A DNA stretch of 64,000 nucleotides from an uncultured bacterium (GCA_963841935.1 CAWJEP010000001.1:74487-138486), one strand, 5' to 3'. Shown: positions 33,972 through 44,104, numbered from the stretch's first letter. Notes: generated from the letters alone by a model not told the origin. Program-made: numbers and translations.

Positions 33972-34775
33972 ATGAATTCCAAAGCTCAAATTATCGCCAC
34001 TATCGGTCCGTCATCCGAGCGACCGGAGGTTTTACTTTCGATGATTAAGCACAAGATGGACGTGGCTCGGCTAAATTTTTCCTGGGGAGATTTTGATGAG
34101 AAGAAATCGCAAATAAAGACGATTAGAGAGACGTCAAAAAAGGCCGGGAGAAAAATAATCATCATCGGCGACCTTTCCGGACCTCGCGTTCAAGAAAAAA
34201 TCGGCCACACTTACGACAAGAGTGCCGTTTCGTCGCTTACGGAAAAAGACAAAGATTATATCCGTTTTGGAATCGAACAGAAATTGGATTATTTCGCCCT
34301 GTCTTTCGTTGGTTCGGCAAAAGACGTGTTACTTTGTCGAAAAACAATAAAATCCTTCGGCGGCAACCAGCCAATAATAGCCAAAATCGAGCGCGCTTGC
34401 GCCGTCGATTTGATTGACGAAATAATTTCCGCCGCCGACGCGGTCATGGTCGCGCGCGGCGACCTCGGCAACGAAGTACCGCTCGAGACTATTCCGTTTA
34501 TTCAGGCGAGAATCATAGCCAAGGCCAAAGCCGCGGGCAAGCCCGTCATCACCGCCACCCAAATGCTTTTGTCCATGACCGAAAATCCGACGCCGACTCG
34601 CGCCGAGGTTACCGACGTGGCGAACGCTATCCTGGAGGGCTCCGACGCGGTGATGCTTTCCGAAGAGTCGGCGTCGGGGAAGTATCCCATTCAATCGGTG
34701 GCAATGATGGAAAAAATAGTTTTGGAAGCCGAAAAACACCTAAAAGGCAGAGCGCATTTTAATATTCTTGCGTAA
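33972..34775 (+). CDS. minimal pyruvate kinase-like protein (A-domain barrel only; lacks B and C domains)
   Basis: The PK motifs present are IIATIGPSS, MDVARLNFSWGD, IIAKIE, MVARGDLG, ITATQML, PTRAEVTDVANA and SEESASGKYP. The B-domain insertion after GPRVQEK and the C-terminal regulatory domain are absent. Trp replaces the His of NFSHG. Confidence 0.65.
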   Translation: MNSKAQIIATIGPSSERPEVLLSMIKHKMDVARLNFSWGDFDEKKSQIKTIRETSKKAGRKIIIIGDLSGPRVQEKIGHTYDKSAVSSLTEKDKDYIRFGIEQKLDYFALSFVGSAKDVLLCRKTIKSFGGNQPIIAKIERACAVDLIDEIISAADAVMVARGDLGNEVPLETIPFIQARIIAKAKAAGKPVITATQMLLSMTENPTPTRAEVTDVANAILEGSDAVMLSEESASGKYPIQSVAMMEKIVLEAEKHLKGRAHFNILA

Positions 34776-34802
34776 TTTCGCAACTATGTAATTATAATCA
34801 GT

Positions 34803-35932
34803 ATGTTGACCCTGAAAGACGAGGTCGTGAAGTTTCGCAATAGTTTGTCCCATGGAATATACGGTTCCATTCTTAAACCCATATTTTTCAAGAGCGATCC
34901 GGAGACCATTCACGAGTCAATGGTCTCTTTTGGTTCTCAACTCGGAAGACACGCCGTTTCGCGTGTCGGGACAAAAATCCTTTTCGGTTATTCCGATAAA
35001 AAATTGGAGCAGAAGATTTTGGGTATGACTTTTAAAAACCCCATCGGTCTTGCCGCCGGTTTTGACAAGAACGCAGAGCTAACCGACATTATTCCCGATG
35101 TCGGTTTTGGTTTCGAGGAAGTCGGCTCGATTACGGGTCGCAAATGCGAAGGCAATCCTTTGCCGCGACTCTGGCGCCTGCCAGAGTCGCGCGGCCTTGT
35201 CGTTTATTACGGACTGAAAAACGATGGAGCCGTGAGAATCGCCAACAGACTGAAGCGTAAAAATTTTAAAGGAATTTTGGGAACAAGTATCGCCATGACC
35301 AACTGCTCGGACAATTTGGAACTGTCGAACGCAGTCAAAGATTATGCCGAGGCCTTTGAAGCACTTGCCGATGTCGGAGATTATTTTACTTTAAACATAA
35401 GTTGTCCAAATACCGAAGGAGGCCAGCCGTTTGTCGCTCCTTACAAACTTGATTATCTTTTGGATATCATCGACGAAATACCGACGGAAAAACCGATATT
35501 TATAAAACTTTCTCCGGATATGTCTTTTAGGGAAGCCGACGAAGTTTTGGTTATCGCCAAAAAACATCGCGTTGCCGGTATCATAACCACCAATCTGACA
35601 AAAAAAGAGACGACCGCAGAATCCTTGATGAAAACGTACCGTCCGTCGGAGGAATTTCCGGCAAACCCGTTCAAGAATCAGCCGACAAGCTTCTTTCATA
35701 TATTTACAAAAGAGAAGGCAAGCGTTTCGTTCTCATCGGCACGGGCGGCGTATTTTCCGCCGCCGACGCTTACAAAAAAATCCGGCTCGGTGCTTCCTTG
35801 GTGCAGATGATTACCGGAATGATATACGAGGGACCGCAAGTCGTGAGCGAAATAAACAGGGGGCTTGTCGAACTTCTAAACCGCGACGGATTCAAGAACA
35901 TAAGCGAGGCGGTTGGCGTCGACGCGTGGTAA
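34803..35932 (+). CDS. pyrD: dihydroorotate dehydrogenase (quinone-type, class 2) with a -1 frameshift near 35627-35655
   Basis: The class-2 N-terminal extension and the GLAAGFDKNAE and NISCPNT motifs are in frame 3. The conserved C-terminus (GGISGKP...LIGTGGVFSAADAYKKIRLGASLVQMITGMIYEGP) is in frame 2, ending TAA 35930-35932. Frame 2 is closed upstream by TGA at 35624-35626. Confidence 0.75.
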
Positions 35933-35941
35933 TCTATATAT

Positions 35942-36586
35942 ATGGCCGAAACAAAAATGGGCGAACTGATTATCGCTCGTCATCATGAATCAGACTGGAA
36001 CAAACTCGGACTCTGGACCGGCATGCGAGACAGGCATTTGACCGATTATGGATTCCAAAAATCCAGCGAAATGGGCGAGTGCATAAGAAACATTCACATT
36101 GATTACGCTTTCGCTTCAATGGAAGTCAGAGCCATAGAAACGCTCTCATCAATGCTCGAAGAAGTCGGCGACTACAAAGTTCCGACCGAACACTCAGATG
36201 CTTTAGACGAACGCGATTACGGCGACTACACGGCGAAAAACAAATGGGATATGGAAAAAATCCTAGGGCAGGAGAATTGGGACAGACTTCGTCGCGAGTG
36301 GAACTATCCGGTGCCCAACGGTGAGACTTTAAAAATGGTTTACGAGAGAACGGTGCCTTTTTTTCTTTCAAGAATTCTTCCGCTTCTGAAAAAAGGCAAG
36401 AATGTTCTGGTGGTCGCTCACGGAAATTCTCTGAGGGCTTTGATGAAATACGTGGAAAAAATATCCGACGACAATATCAAAAACGTCGAGATGCCTTTCG
36501 GCGCCGTTTACATTTATGACCTTGATATTGACGGTCATATGATTAAAAAAGAAATTAAATCCGTGCCGTCGACCGTTAATGCTTAA
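35942..36586 (+). CDS. histidine phosphatase superfamily, 2,3-bisphosphoglycerate-dependent phosphoglycerate mutase-like
   Basis: It has the RHG-type motif LIIARHHESDWN near the N-terminus and a later HGNSLRAL block with catalytic His. Confidence 0.7.
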   Translation: MAETKMGELIIARHHESDWNKLGLWTGMRDRHLTDYGFQKSSEMGECIRNIHIDYAFASMEVRAIETLSSMLEEVGDYKVPTEHSDALDERDYGDYTAKNKWDMEKILGQENWDRLRREWNYPVPNGETLKMVYERTVPFFLSRILPLLKKGKNVLVVAHGNSLRALMKYVEKISDDNIKNVEMPFGAVYIYDLDIDGHMIKKEIKSVPSTVNA

Positions 36587-37562
36587 AAATATGAGTAAAA
36601 AAATTTTCGTCACGAGAAGGATTCCTCAAGTCGGTCTTGATATGTTAACGCAGAAAGGTTTCGAAATGGATATTTATCCGAAAGACGAGATTTTGCCGCG
36701 GAAAAAACTTTTGAGCATTCTCAAAAAAGGAAATTACGACGGTGTTTTATCTCTCATCACCGACAACATAGACGCATCGGTTTTTTCCGCGGCGGGGGCG
36801 GTGAAAATTTTCGCTAATTACGGTACCGGTTTTGACAACATTGATCTTGCCGAAGCAAAAAGACGCGGAGTTACGATCACGAACGCCCCGTCGGACACCG
36901 CGTCAGAGGCGGTCGCCGAGCACGCCATCGCGCTCACGCTTGCTTTAGCGGCACAGATTGTGGATGGAGACGAATTTATGCGAAAAAACAAATATAGGGG
37001 CTGGGATCCGATGGGTTTTATCGGTACGGATATTTTAGGAAAGACTTTGGGCATCGTCGGCGTCGGCAGGATAGGTAGCCGTGTTGCGCATTATGCGAGA
37101 GGCTTAGGACTCAATGTCACATACACGGATATTGCCAGGAACGGACAGCTTGAAAAAGATTGTGGCGCAATATTTTGTTCATCGGTCGAAGAACTTTTGC
37201 CGAAAGCCGATGTCGTAAGTCTTCACACACCGCTTCTCGATTCCACTCGCCATTTAATAAACGAAAATCGTCTGAAAATGATGAAGCCGACGGCATTTCT
37301 CATAAATACTTCCCGCGGTCCGGTCATTGACGAGAAAGCATTAGTCACGGCGCTTCAAAACAAAACCATAGCCGGCGCTGGACTCGATGTTTTTGAATTT
37401 GAACCGAAGCTTTCACAAGGACTTTCGAAACTTTCAAATGTTGTGCTCACGCCGCACATTGCGTCCGCAAGCATTGAAGCTAGAAATCAGATGTCCGTCA
37501 TTGCCGCGCAAAATATTATTGATTTCTTCGACGGCAAAACTCCCAAGAATAAAGTCGCTTAG
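36579..37562 (+). CDS. D-isomer-specific 2-hydroxyacid dehydrogenase (glycerate/phosphoglycerate dehydrogenase-like)
   Basis: The NAD-binding motif is GKTLGIVGVGRIGSRVA. The catalytic region includes LINTSRGPVIDEKAL, and His is in LTPHIASAS. Confidence 0.8.
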   Translation: MLKNMSKKIFVTRRIPQVGLDMLTQKGFEMDIYPKDEILPRKKLLSILKKGNYDGVLSLITDNIDASVFSAAGAVKIFANYGTGFDNIDLAEAKRRGVTITNAPSDTASEAVAEHAIALTLALAAQIVDGDEFMRKNKYRGWDPMGFIGTDILGKTLGIVGVGRIGSRVAHYARGLGLNVTYTDIARNGQLEKDCGAIFCSSVEELLPKADVVSLHTPLLDSTRHLINENRLKMMKPTAFLINTSRGPVIDEKALVTALQNKTIAGAGLDVFEFEPKLSQGLSKLSNVVLTPHIASASIEARNQMSVIAAQNIIDFFDGKTPKNKVA

Positions 37563-37568
37563 CGTTGC

Positions 37569-39881
37569 TTACGCTATTTCGCAGACTCCCGCGACGCAAG
37601 CCAATTCTTTTTTGATGTCGAGCTCGTCCGTTTTCTCGTAAGTGATGATTCTCGAATAGTCGATGTGGGCGAGGGCGGCGGAAAGTTCCAAATATTTTTT
37701 CTCGTCAATGGCTTCATACGGCGCGAGCTGATAGATGTGGTTGTCTCGCGGCAGGAAAGACAGACCGCCGACGATATCCCAGTTTTTGTACACCCAATTG
37801 GCGACCTCTATCCATTCGTCTTCGCCGACGGAAACAGTAACCGACGGATTGTGCTCGGTATAATTCTCTTTTACCACTTTCCAATGCTCCAGCTGGTCTA
37901 TGGCCGATATATCGTCTTTGTAGACGGACCTTTCAGGAGCTTTAACGGGGAATTCCAATACGAATGTCGTAGCGTCATCTTCAGATTGTCCGACCTCGGG
38001 GTAATACGGCACGCCTTGGTCCTTGAGCATTTTGAAAAGTCCGTCAGTCGCCGAGATTCTGATTCTTCGAATGTAATACGGAGCGTGTCGCGGGTGCATT
38101 CCCGAAGAACAATCCACGACTTGAGACAGCGTGCCCGATGGTTTGACCGCCGTCGTGCAGGTCGAAACGCCAATGCCGAACTTTTTCGCGTAGATTTCGT
38201 TGACTTTTATAACTTCTTCTTTCAATTTTCTTAAAATTTTCGGGTCGCGAGCCACGGTCGAGTCCCATTGGCCGGTGAGAGAGACGCCCAGCAACCTTTC
38301 TTCCTCGCACCGCTCTTTCCATTCTTTAGAGAGGTAAGGGAAATGGGTGAGACTTGCTTGGTAGGTGCCGAGAATCGTCGCCAGACGGATTTTTTTCAAA
38401 AGAGATTTCTCGTCGTCTTCCGCTCGAGTCACGACTTCGGAGAGATTACAGAATTGTTTGGACTGCAGAATTATTTCCCCACAAGGATTCGTTCCGATGG
38501 GACCGATAATATTTTTTCCGGAAGGGTCGAAATAGCCGCTGTGTTTCTTGAGAACTTTTATTCTTCTCTCCGGCAACATTTTGGCCAGTGAGCCGCGATT
38601 AAATATGCCGCGTTCGCCCGAGCCGGATTTCATTAAGGCGGTCCACTCCTCCAAAAATTCGACGTTTGACGGCTTCTGAATGTAAACGGCGGAATTGTTG
38701 GCAAGCATTCTTTGCGGTTCGCTTGTGTAAAAGGCGCCTTTTTTTGAATCACGAATATCGTTGTCGTCTAGGTCGGAAAGGGAAATCATCGCGCTGCGTC
38801 TTACTCCGCCTGAAACGACACAATCGCCGATCATGCAAATAATATCGTGGATGTCGATATTTCGGAGGCGTCTGCCTTGGCGGGAGAGCATTTTTTCACG
38901 GGTGGAGGTTAGAAGTCTCTTTAATGGTTCTGGACCGGAAGCTTTGCCCCCCATTGTCTTTAATCTCGTTCCAGAAGGCCGCAATGCCGAATAGTCAAAA
39001 TCCACGTCGTTGCCATCGGCCCAAACGCTCATGCCACAAGACAGGGAATCCGCCCAACCCTCCTTGCTGTCCGGAATTAGGTAAGTCGGAAGTTTTTTTC
39101 CTGACTGAAGTTTTATTTGCGGAAATTTCTGAACGTTCTGACTCTCAACCGACCAGCCGGCGCCGGTGCCGCACATTGAGATGTACATAATTTCTGCCAG
39201 GTCCTGAAAACATTCGGGCGCCACATAAGAACAGTTGTAAGCGCAGACGTTTGTTTTTCTCGCCGCCGTTCCGGCGAATTGCATGAGCCGCATCGAAGGC
39301 ATAGCTTCGTGTCGGAGAATTCCTTCGCGAAGCTCCGCGTATTCTTCTGCCGAAAGTTTTTCACCAAGATTTTCTTTCATAAAAGAAATATATCTCTCGA
39401 CCGTCTCTATCCAAGTCTCGCGTCTGCTTTCTGAATCTATCCAGCGCGAGTAGGTGCGGTAGTAAACAAATTCTCCCAAAGAGTTTCTGAAATATTTTTT
39501 GCTTTCCTCCGCCAACTTTTTTATTTCCGGCGGCACCTGTTCCGCGCGCATGCGAAGTTTCGCTCGTTCTTCGCGATAAAGGATGTAAGCTTTGGCCGTC
39601 GTCACGTGTTCACTCAAAATAAGTTGTTTCTCCACCATATCTTGAATGCCCTCGACGGTCGGAATGAAATTTCCGTACTTTTTTGTCATGTCGAGGAGTT
39701 CGTCTTTGACTTTGTTCGCCACAATCGCGGCGTCGGACTCCTTTCCCTCACCCGAAGCGCTCATTGCCTTCAAAATCGCGTTGGTTATTTTCTGAATATC
39801 AAAGGATACGATAGTCCCGTCTCTTTTTTGAATTTTTTTTATCGCCATTTCCGTACCCTCCGCGTTCTTTTTTGGTGCCAT
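37569..39881 (-). CDS. nrdJ: class II (adenosylcobalamin-dependent) ribonucleotide reductase, NrdJ-like, with N-terminal ATP-cone
   Basis: The ATP-cone is IQKRDGTIVSFDIQKI. The active-site thiyl-Cys loop is TNPCGEIILQ. There is a C-terminal Cys pair CVAGVC. The protein is 770 aa; the start may be the internal Met at 39848. Confidence 0.75.
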   Translation of the reverse strand: MAPKKNAEGTEMAIKKIQKRDGTIVSFDIQKITNAILKAMSASGEGKESDAAIVANKVKDELLDMTKKYGNFIPTVEGIQDMVEKQLILSEHVTTAKAYILYREERAKLRMRAEQVPPEIKKLAEESKKYFRNSLGEFVYYRTYSRWIDSESRRETWIETVERYISFMKENLGEKLSAEEYAELREGILRHEAMPSMRLMQFAGTAARKTNVCAYNCSYVAPECFQDLAEIMYISMCGTGAGWSVESQNVQKFPQIKLQSGKKLPTYLIPDSKEGWADSLSCGMSVWADGNDVDFDYSALRPSGTRLKTMGGKASGPEPLKRLLTSTREKMLSRQGRRLRNIDIHDIICMIGDCVVSGGVRRSAMISLSDLDDNDIRDSKKGAFYTSEPQRMLANNSAVYIQKPSNVEFLEEWTALMKSGSGERGIFNRGSLAKMLPERRIKVLKKHSGYFDPSGKNIIGPIGTNPCGEIILQSKQFCNLSEVVTRAEDDEKSLLKKIRLATILGTYQASLTHFPYLSKEWKERCEEERLLGVSLTGQWDSTVARDPKILRKLKEEVIKVNEIYAKKFGIGVSTCTTAVKPSGTLSQVVDCSSGMHPRHAPYYIRRIRISATDGLFKMLKDQGVPYYPEVGQSEDDATTFVLEFPVKAPERSVYKDDISAIDQLEHWKVVKENYTEHNPSVTVSVGEDEWIEVANWVYKNWDIVGGLSFLPRDNHIYQLAPYEAIDEKKYLELSAALAHIDYSRIITYEKTDELDIKKELACVAGVCEIA

Positions 39882-40055
39882 GAGCTGTTAGTTAATTGAT
39901 TAATTGATTTTGAAATTAGTATAGCACCGACACTATCGATTTAAAGTGGAAAAAAGTGATTTTTTTCTTCCCACATCAAGCTTTTCGCCCTGTCAATCCG
40001 GATTTGAAAAATTTTTCGGAACTTGATACACTAAAACTACTTAAATATCGAAATT

Positions 40056-40367
40056 ATGAAATTGAAATCCCCGCTTCCGCAGGAGGCATATCACAAAAAC
40101 GCCAGTATTTACAAGATTCTCGCCAATTCCAAGCGGTTGGAAATGCTAAACATCCTCAAAAAAGGGGAAGCCGGCGTGGATGAGCTCCTAAAAATCACCA
40201 AACTCTCGAAAGCCAACCTTTCTCAGCACTTGGCGCTTCTTCGACACAATGGTTTGGTCCAAACTCGCCGCAGCGGACTAAATGTCTTTTATAAAATCGT
40301 TGACCCGCGAATCGTGGAGCCCTGTAAAATTCTCCACCAACTTCGTCATCGCCAACTTGTTTCTTAG
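40056..40367 (+). CDS. ArsR/SmtB-family transcriptional regulator, divergent from nrdJ
   Basis: It has a winged HTH (LKILANSKRLEMLNILKKGEAGVDELLKITKLSKANLSQHLALLRHNGLV). Confidence 0.75.
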   Translation: MKLKSPLPQEAYHKNASIYKILANSKRLEMLNILKKGEAGVDELLKITKLSKANLSQHLALLRHNGLVQTRRSGLNVFYKIVDPRIVEPCKILHQLRHRQLVS

Positions 40368-41402
40368 TTGCCCGGTCGCTCCGCGACACTTGATTTTTTT
40401 TCGTATTATAATATAGGTGTGAAAAATCTTTTGCGAGATATCCTTTCTTTTGTCCCAAGTCTCTTGCTGGCATTCTGTCTGTTATTTTTTTTGACCACGC
40501 CGGCCGCCGCTTCTTCTATCGCGTGTACAAACCTAGCGGCAGACCTTTCTTACGGCGAGACGGATTCTTTTTCCGGCGGACCAATAACGTTGCTTCAAAA
40601 TTTTCTTTCGGCCGAAGGATATATGTCGGCGACGCCGAACGGCCATTTTGGTCCCGCGACGCTCTCGGCCGTAATTCTGTTCCAAACTTCGCGAGGCATT
40701 TCTTCCACCGGATATGTCGGACCGCTTACTCGCGCCGCGATTGGGGCCGAGAGCTGTCCTTCGAGCGTCGTGCAACAAACGAACGCGTCGACGAATGTCG
40801 CGGCGAATTCAAACACGGAGACGCCGTCGTCAAATATTACCGCGCCGCTTGCCGGAGCGAATCTTTCGGTCGGACAAAACTACACTATCACTTGGAATGG
40901 TCAGAGTAATACCGGCTACACTATAGTTCTTGAAGACCAAAACGGCTTGAGCCAAGGTTTCATCACTCCGAACACCCAAACTTCCGGATCTTTCGTCTGG
41001 CAAGTGGGAAACGTTCTTTCCTCCATTACCGACGCGTATTCCGCCGTGTCCTCCGGCACTTACAGAATTCATTTTGAGAGTCTTTCAAGCAACGCGCCGG
41101 ACATGTACAGCGGCATTTTTACCATCGTTACTCCGCCGGTCTCGATAAATTCCATCATGCCGCAAAGTATTTCTTTGTCCGGCAACCACACAATAGTCGT
41201 TTACGGTTCAGGTTTTAATTCACGCGCTGAAATAAATATCGACGGATATTACAACTCGTCGTTCAACGCCCTATACGCTTCGCCGGACGGCACGATTCTC
41301 GTTTTTTCTCTCCCGTCAGGTGTGCCGGCCGGCAATCACACAGTGGACGTATCAAATTCCGTTTCCTTCGCCGTTTCGCCGTCTTTTACCGTAACGCAAT
41401 AA
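40368..41402 (+). CDS. exported protein with peptidoglycan-binding domain (PG_binding_1-like) and Ser/Thr-rich beta-domain
   Basis: After the signal/TM comes LLQNFLSAEGYMSATPNGHFGPATLSAVILFQTSRGISSTGYVGPLTRAAI, the PG-binding repeat. The C-terminal region is IPT/TIG-like. Confidence 0.55.
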   Translation: MPGRSATLDFFSYYNIGVKNLLRDILSFVPSLLLAFCLLFFLTTPAAASSIACTNLAADLSYGETDSFSGGPITLLQNFLSAEGYMSATPNGHFGPATLSAVILFQTSRGISSTGYVGPLTRAAIGAESCPSSVVQQTNASTNVAANSNTETPSSNITAPLAGANLSVGQNYTITWNGQSNTGYTIVLEDQNGLSQGFITPNTQTSGSFVWQVGNVLSSITDAYSAVSSGTYRIHFESLSSNAPDMYSGIFTIVTPPVSINSIMPQSISLSGNHTIVVYGSGFNSRAEINIDGYYNSSFNALYASPDGTILVFSLPSGVPAGNHTVDVSNSVSFAVSPSFTVTQ

Positions 41403-41405
41403 CAA

Positions 41406-41801
41406 ATGAAAGATAAAAAAGGAAAGAAACTTGTGGGCATCGCCATCATAGCCATGATTGTCGCGGTTTTTGTGCTTTCCATTTTTCTTGTGGTCGGTGT
41501 CCGCCGCGCCGCCCACGAAAACTCGATATCGTCATTTCGAGACTTTCTCTCCGTTAGACGCGAAAGAGGACCTCTGCCAGACGCTGACGCCGGGCTCGTC
41601 CGTCCTTGGATGACTTTTGATTACATCAATCACCTGTTTTCTTTGCCGACGGATTATTTGAAAGCGGATTTAAACGTGAACGATTCACGATACCCAAACC
41701 TTTCTGTTTCCGAGTATGCCGAATCGCTTTCCACCAGCTCACCCTCATTTCTCGACGCCGTTAGGGAGGCCGTTTTGAAAGCCACGACCACACAGCAATG
41801 A
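41406..41801 (+). CDS. single-TM membrane protein of unknown function
   Basis: The TM is LVGIAIIAMIVAVFVLSIFLVV. It overlaps the start of the next DedA gene by 4 nt. Confidence 0.45.
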   Translation: MKDKKGKKLVGIAIIAMIVAVFVLSIFLVVGVRRAAHENSISSFRDFLSVRRERGPLPDADAGLVRPWMTFDYINHLFSLPTDYLKADLNVNDSRYPNLSVSEYAESLSTSSPSFLDAVREAVLKATTTQQ

Positions 41802-42379
41802 ATTTCATTCTTTCCGGATTGCTTTCTTTTCTTCTCGTCTATAAATATCCGGCGCTTTTTTTTATGGTTCTTTTGTCGGCGATTTTTTTGCCTCTGCCGA
41901 TAGACACTTCTCTTGTCGCCGTCGGTGCTTTCGCCAGCCAGGGATATTTCAGCGCCGTCATTGCTTACGCGGCGGCGTTCCTGGGTAATGTCATCGGCGA
42001 CGTGACGAGTTACGTCATCTGGAAACGTTACGGCAGAGACATAATCCGCGACAAGTACGCAAAAAAGTACAGATTTTTCTCCAAACTCGAGGAATACGTT
42101 AAAACATACGCCGGTCCGACGGTTTTCGCTTCGCGTTTCGTCGGAGTTTTCGGTCCCATAGTCAATTTTCTCTGCGGCTACGGCCGCGTGAGTTTTGAGA
42201 TTTTTCTTATCGGGAGCATCTCAGGAAACGCCGTAGACACAGTCTGGCCGATAGCTCTTGGCTACGCGGTAGGGAGCTCGTGGGAGAATTTTTCCGGTCT
42301 TATTGGAGTCTTCGGCGCCGTCATTGCTCTCATCGCCGTCATCGGTGCGCTTGTTAGAGTTTATTTAGAAAAGAAATAA
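41798..42379 (+). CDS. DedA/TVP38-family membrane protein (paralog 1)
   Basis: It is multi-TM, carries the glycine-rich motif and the conserved FxxRFVxxFGP region (FASRFVGVFGPIVNFLCG). Confidence 0.7.
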   Translation: MNFILSGLLSFLLVYKYPALFFMVLLSAIFLPLPIDTSLVAVGAFASQGYFSAVIAYAAAFLGNVIGDVTSYVIWKRYGRDIIRDKYAKKYRFFSKLEEYVKTYAGPTVFASRFVGVFGPIVNFLCGYGRVSFEIFLIGSISGNAVDTVWPIALGYAVGSSWENFSGLIGVFGAVIALIAVIGALVRVYLEKK

Positions 42380-43469
42380 CGACGATTTCCGGGTCTGTGC
42401 CTATTCTCATGGGCGGTCCCCAAGTGCCGGCGCCACTCGACGTGTACACCGTCATTTTTTCCAAACGCGAGAGTCCGTAATTTCTGTCTTTGAAAATAAG
42501 AGGCGTGATGAGATTGAAGGGGAAAACCTGTCCGCCGTGCGTGTGGCCGGAAAGTTCCAGATCGACGCCGAGTTCCTCGGCGACTTCGGTAAATATCGGA
42601 GTGTGTTTGAGGAGGATTCTCGGCGCGGTTTTTCTCTCCCCGACGATTTTCCGGAGAATTTCTTCGTACACTGGTTTTTTCGACGTATCGCCGTCGGAAA
42701 CGCCGATGATTTCCATTCCGTCGACGAGAATTTTTTCGTTGTCGAGAACTTTGAAACCGGCGCGCCGCATGGCGGCGCCGTATTTTTCGGCGGAATTTTT
42801 CCTGAATTCTTCATGATTGCCGGTGACGAAGAAATTTCCGAGTGGCGCGCCGATTTTCGATAGTGGTAAAAGGCATCCGTCCTCATCCGTCTTGGCGCCG
42901 TCGAAGATGTCTCCCGCGAAGAAAACGATATCTGGACGCACACTCCGAATGATGCCCGAGATTTTCTCCGAGAAATTTTCTCTTCTGGTTTGACCGAGAT
43001 GCAGGTCGCTTACGAGCACGGCTTTTCTTTTGGTCCACGATACCGGCAGATTATGAATTTCCACAGAAATATTTTTTATCCTGATTTTATTCGCGTTGAC
43101 GAGACCGAATATTCCCATAGCTGCGGCAAAGGCGAAAAAAATCGCGCCGGCGAAACTCGTTTCAGTTCCGGAAATTTCTTTTCCACCCAAAATGACCACA
43201 AGCCAATAAAGCGCCGATGCCAAAAGAAAGTAAATCATGAATCCGAACCATACGGCTGAGACGGCGTATGTCGTTCTAGAGATTTTATTGTAAAAAATCT
43301 GGGCGGTTATCGAAGTGAGTATGAAAGACACGGACAAAATTCCGAGAATTATTTTCATAGTGGAAAGAATTTCGCCGTTTAGTCCGAACACGTCTTTGAC
43401 CGTCAGATATATGAGAAAGTGCGCTTCGAAAAGTATGGTCTGGATGATTATGAGAGAAAAATAAAACAT
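42354..43469 (-). CDS. membrane-anchored calcineurin-like metallophosphoesterase (YkuE-like)
   Basis: The N-terminal TMs are followed by the motifs VLVSDLHLG, FFAGDIFDG, VTGNHE and SGHTHGGQ. Confidence 0.75.
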   Translation of the reverse strand: MFYFSLIIIQTILFEAHFLIYLTVKDVFGLNGEILSTMKIILGILSVSFILTSITAQIFYNKISRTTYAVSAVWFGFMIYFLLASALYWLVVILGGKEISGTETSFAGAIFFAFAAAMGIFGLVNANKIRIKNISVEIHNLPVSWTKRKAVLVSDLHLGQTRRENFSEKISGIIRSVRPDIVFFAGDIFDGAKTDEDGCLLPLSKIGAPLGNFFVTGNHEEFRKNSAEKYGAAMRRAGFKVLDNEKILVDGMEIIGVSDGDTSKKPVYEEILRKIVGERKTAPRILLKHTPIFTEVAEELGVDLELSGHTHGGQVFPFNLITPLIFKDRNYGLSRLEKMTVYTSSGAGTWGPPMRIGTDPEIVVISFLNKL

Positions 43470-43473
43470 AAAA

Positions 43474-44067
43474 TTATTTTTTCCTAAAAAATTCCGGCGT
43501 TATCGGCAGAAAGGATATTATCACTATGGCAAAAGCGATAAGGGTGATGTAATTTCCGGCGCTCGGCAATACGTTGCCTAGAACAAACCCTCCGCAGATG
43601 AGAACAAAAGACCAAGCGATACCCCCGACGATATTGTACGAAAGGAATTTCTTATATTCCATATTTCCGACACCGGCCAGTATCGGAGCGAAAGTTCTGA
43701 CCACCGGCACGAAACGGGCGAGGATTATAGTTCTAGAGCCGTATCTTTCGTAGAATTTCTTGGTTTTTTCCACGTGGCTTTTTCGGAAAAATTTCGAATC
43801 TTCGCGAGAAAATATTTTCGGCCCGACTTTTTTGCCGAACCAAAAGCCGACGCTGTCGCCCAGTATGGCGCATATGGATACAAAGACAACGAGTTGCCAC
43901 AAGCCAAAGACCCCCGTCGCCGACAGGAGTCCCGCGGAAAAAAGCAGACTGTCGCCCGGAAGGAAAAATCCGAAGAAGAGTCCGGATTCGGCGAAGACGG
44001 CGAGGCACAATCCGCCAAGGCCGAGGGTTTCGACTATTACCGTTGGGTCGAGGTGGGTAAGTGACAT
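43474..44067 (-). CDS. DedA-family membrane protein (paralog 2)
   Basis: It has the canonical DedA pattern: FLPGDSLLFSAG ... ILARFVPVVRTFAPILAGVGNM. Confidence 0.8.
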   Translation of the reverse strand: MSLTHLDPTVIVETLGLGGLCLAVFAESGLFFGFFLPGDSLLFSAGLLSATGVFGLWQLVVFVSICAILGDSVGFWFGKKVGPKIFSREDSKFFRKSHVEKTKKFYERYGSRTIILARFVPVVRTFAPILAGVGNMEYKKFLSYNIVGGIAWSFVLICGGFVLGNVLPSAGNYITLIAFAIVIISFLPITPEFFRKK

Positions 44068-44104
44068 AAGTGGGAGGTTGTATTATATTCGTAAGAACCA
44101 TCTA

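Noticed and set aside
39882-40055. Looked for an NrdR box (acaCwAtATaTwGtgt) upstream of nrdJ.
   Set aside because: The nearest candidate (acactatcgatttaaagtg) does not fit the 16-bp palindrome spacing. No nrdR gene is visible in the window.
43760-44104. Long N-terminal extension of the PAP2_C-like ORF (listed as 43760..44758).
   Set aside because: The extension runs antisense through the well-supported DedA gene 43474..44067 and is Pro/Arg-rich. The internal ATG at 44105 gives a coherent multi-TM protein.
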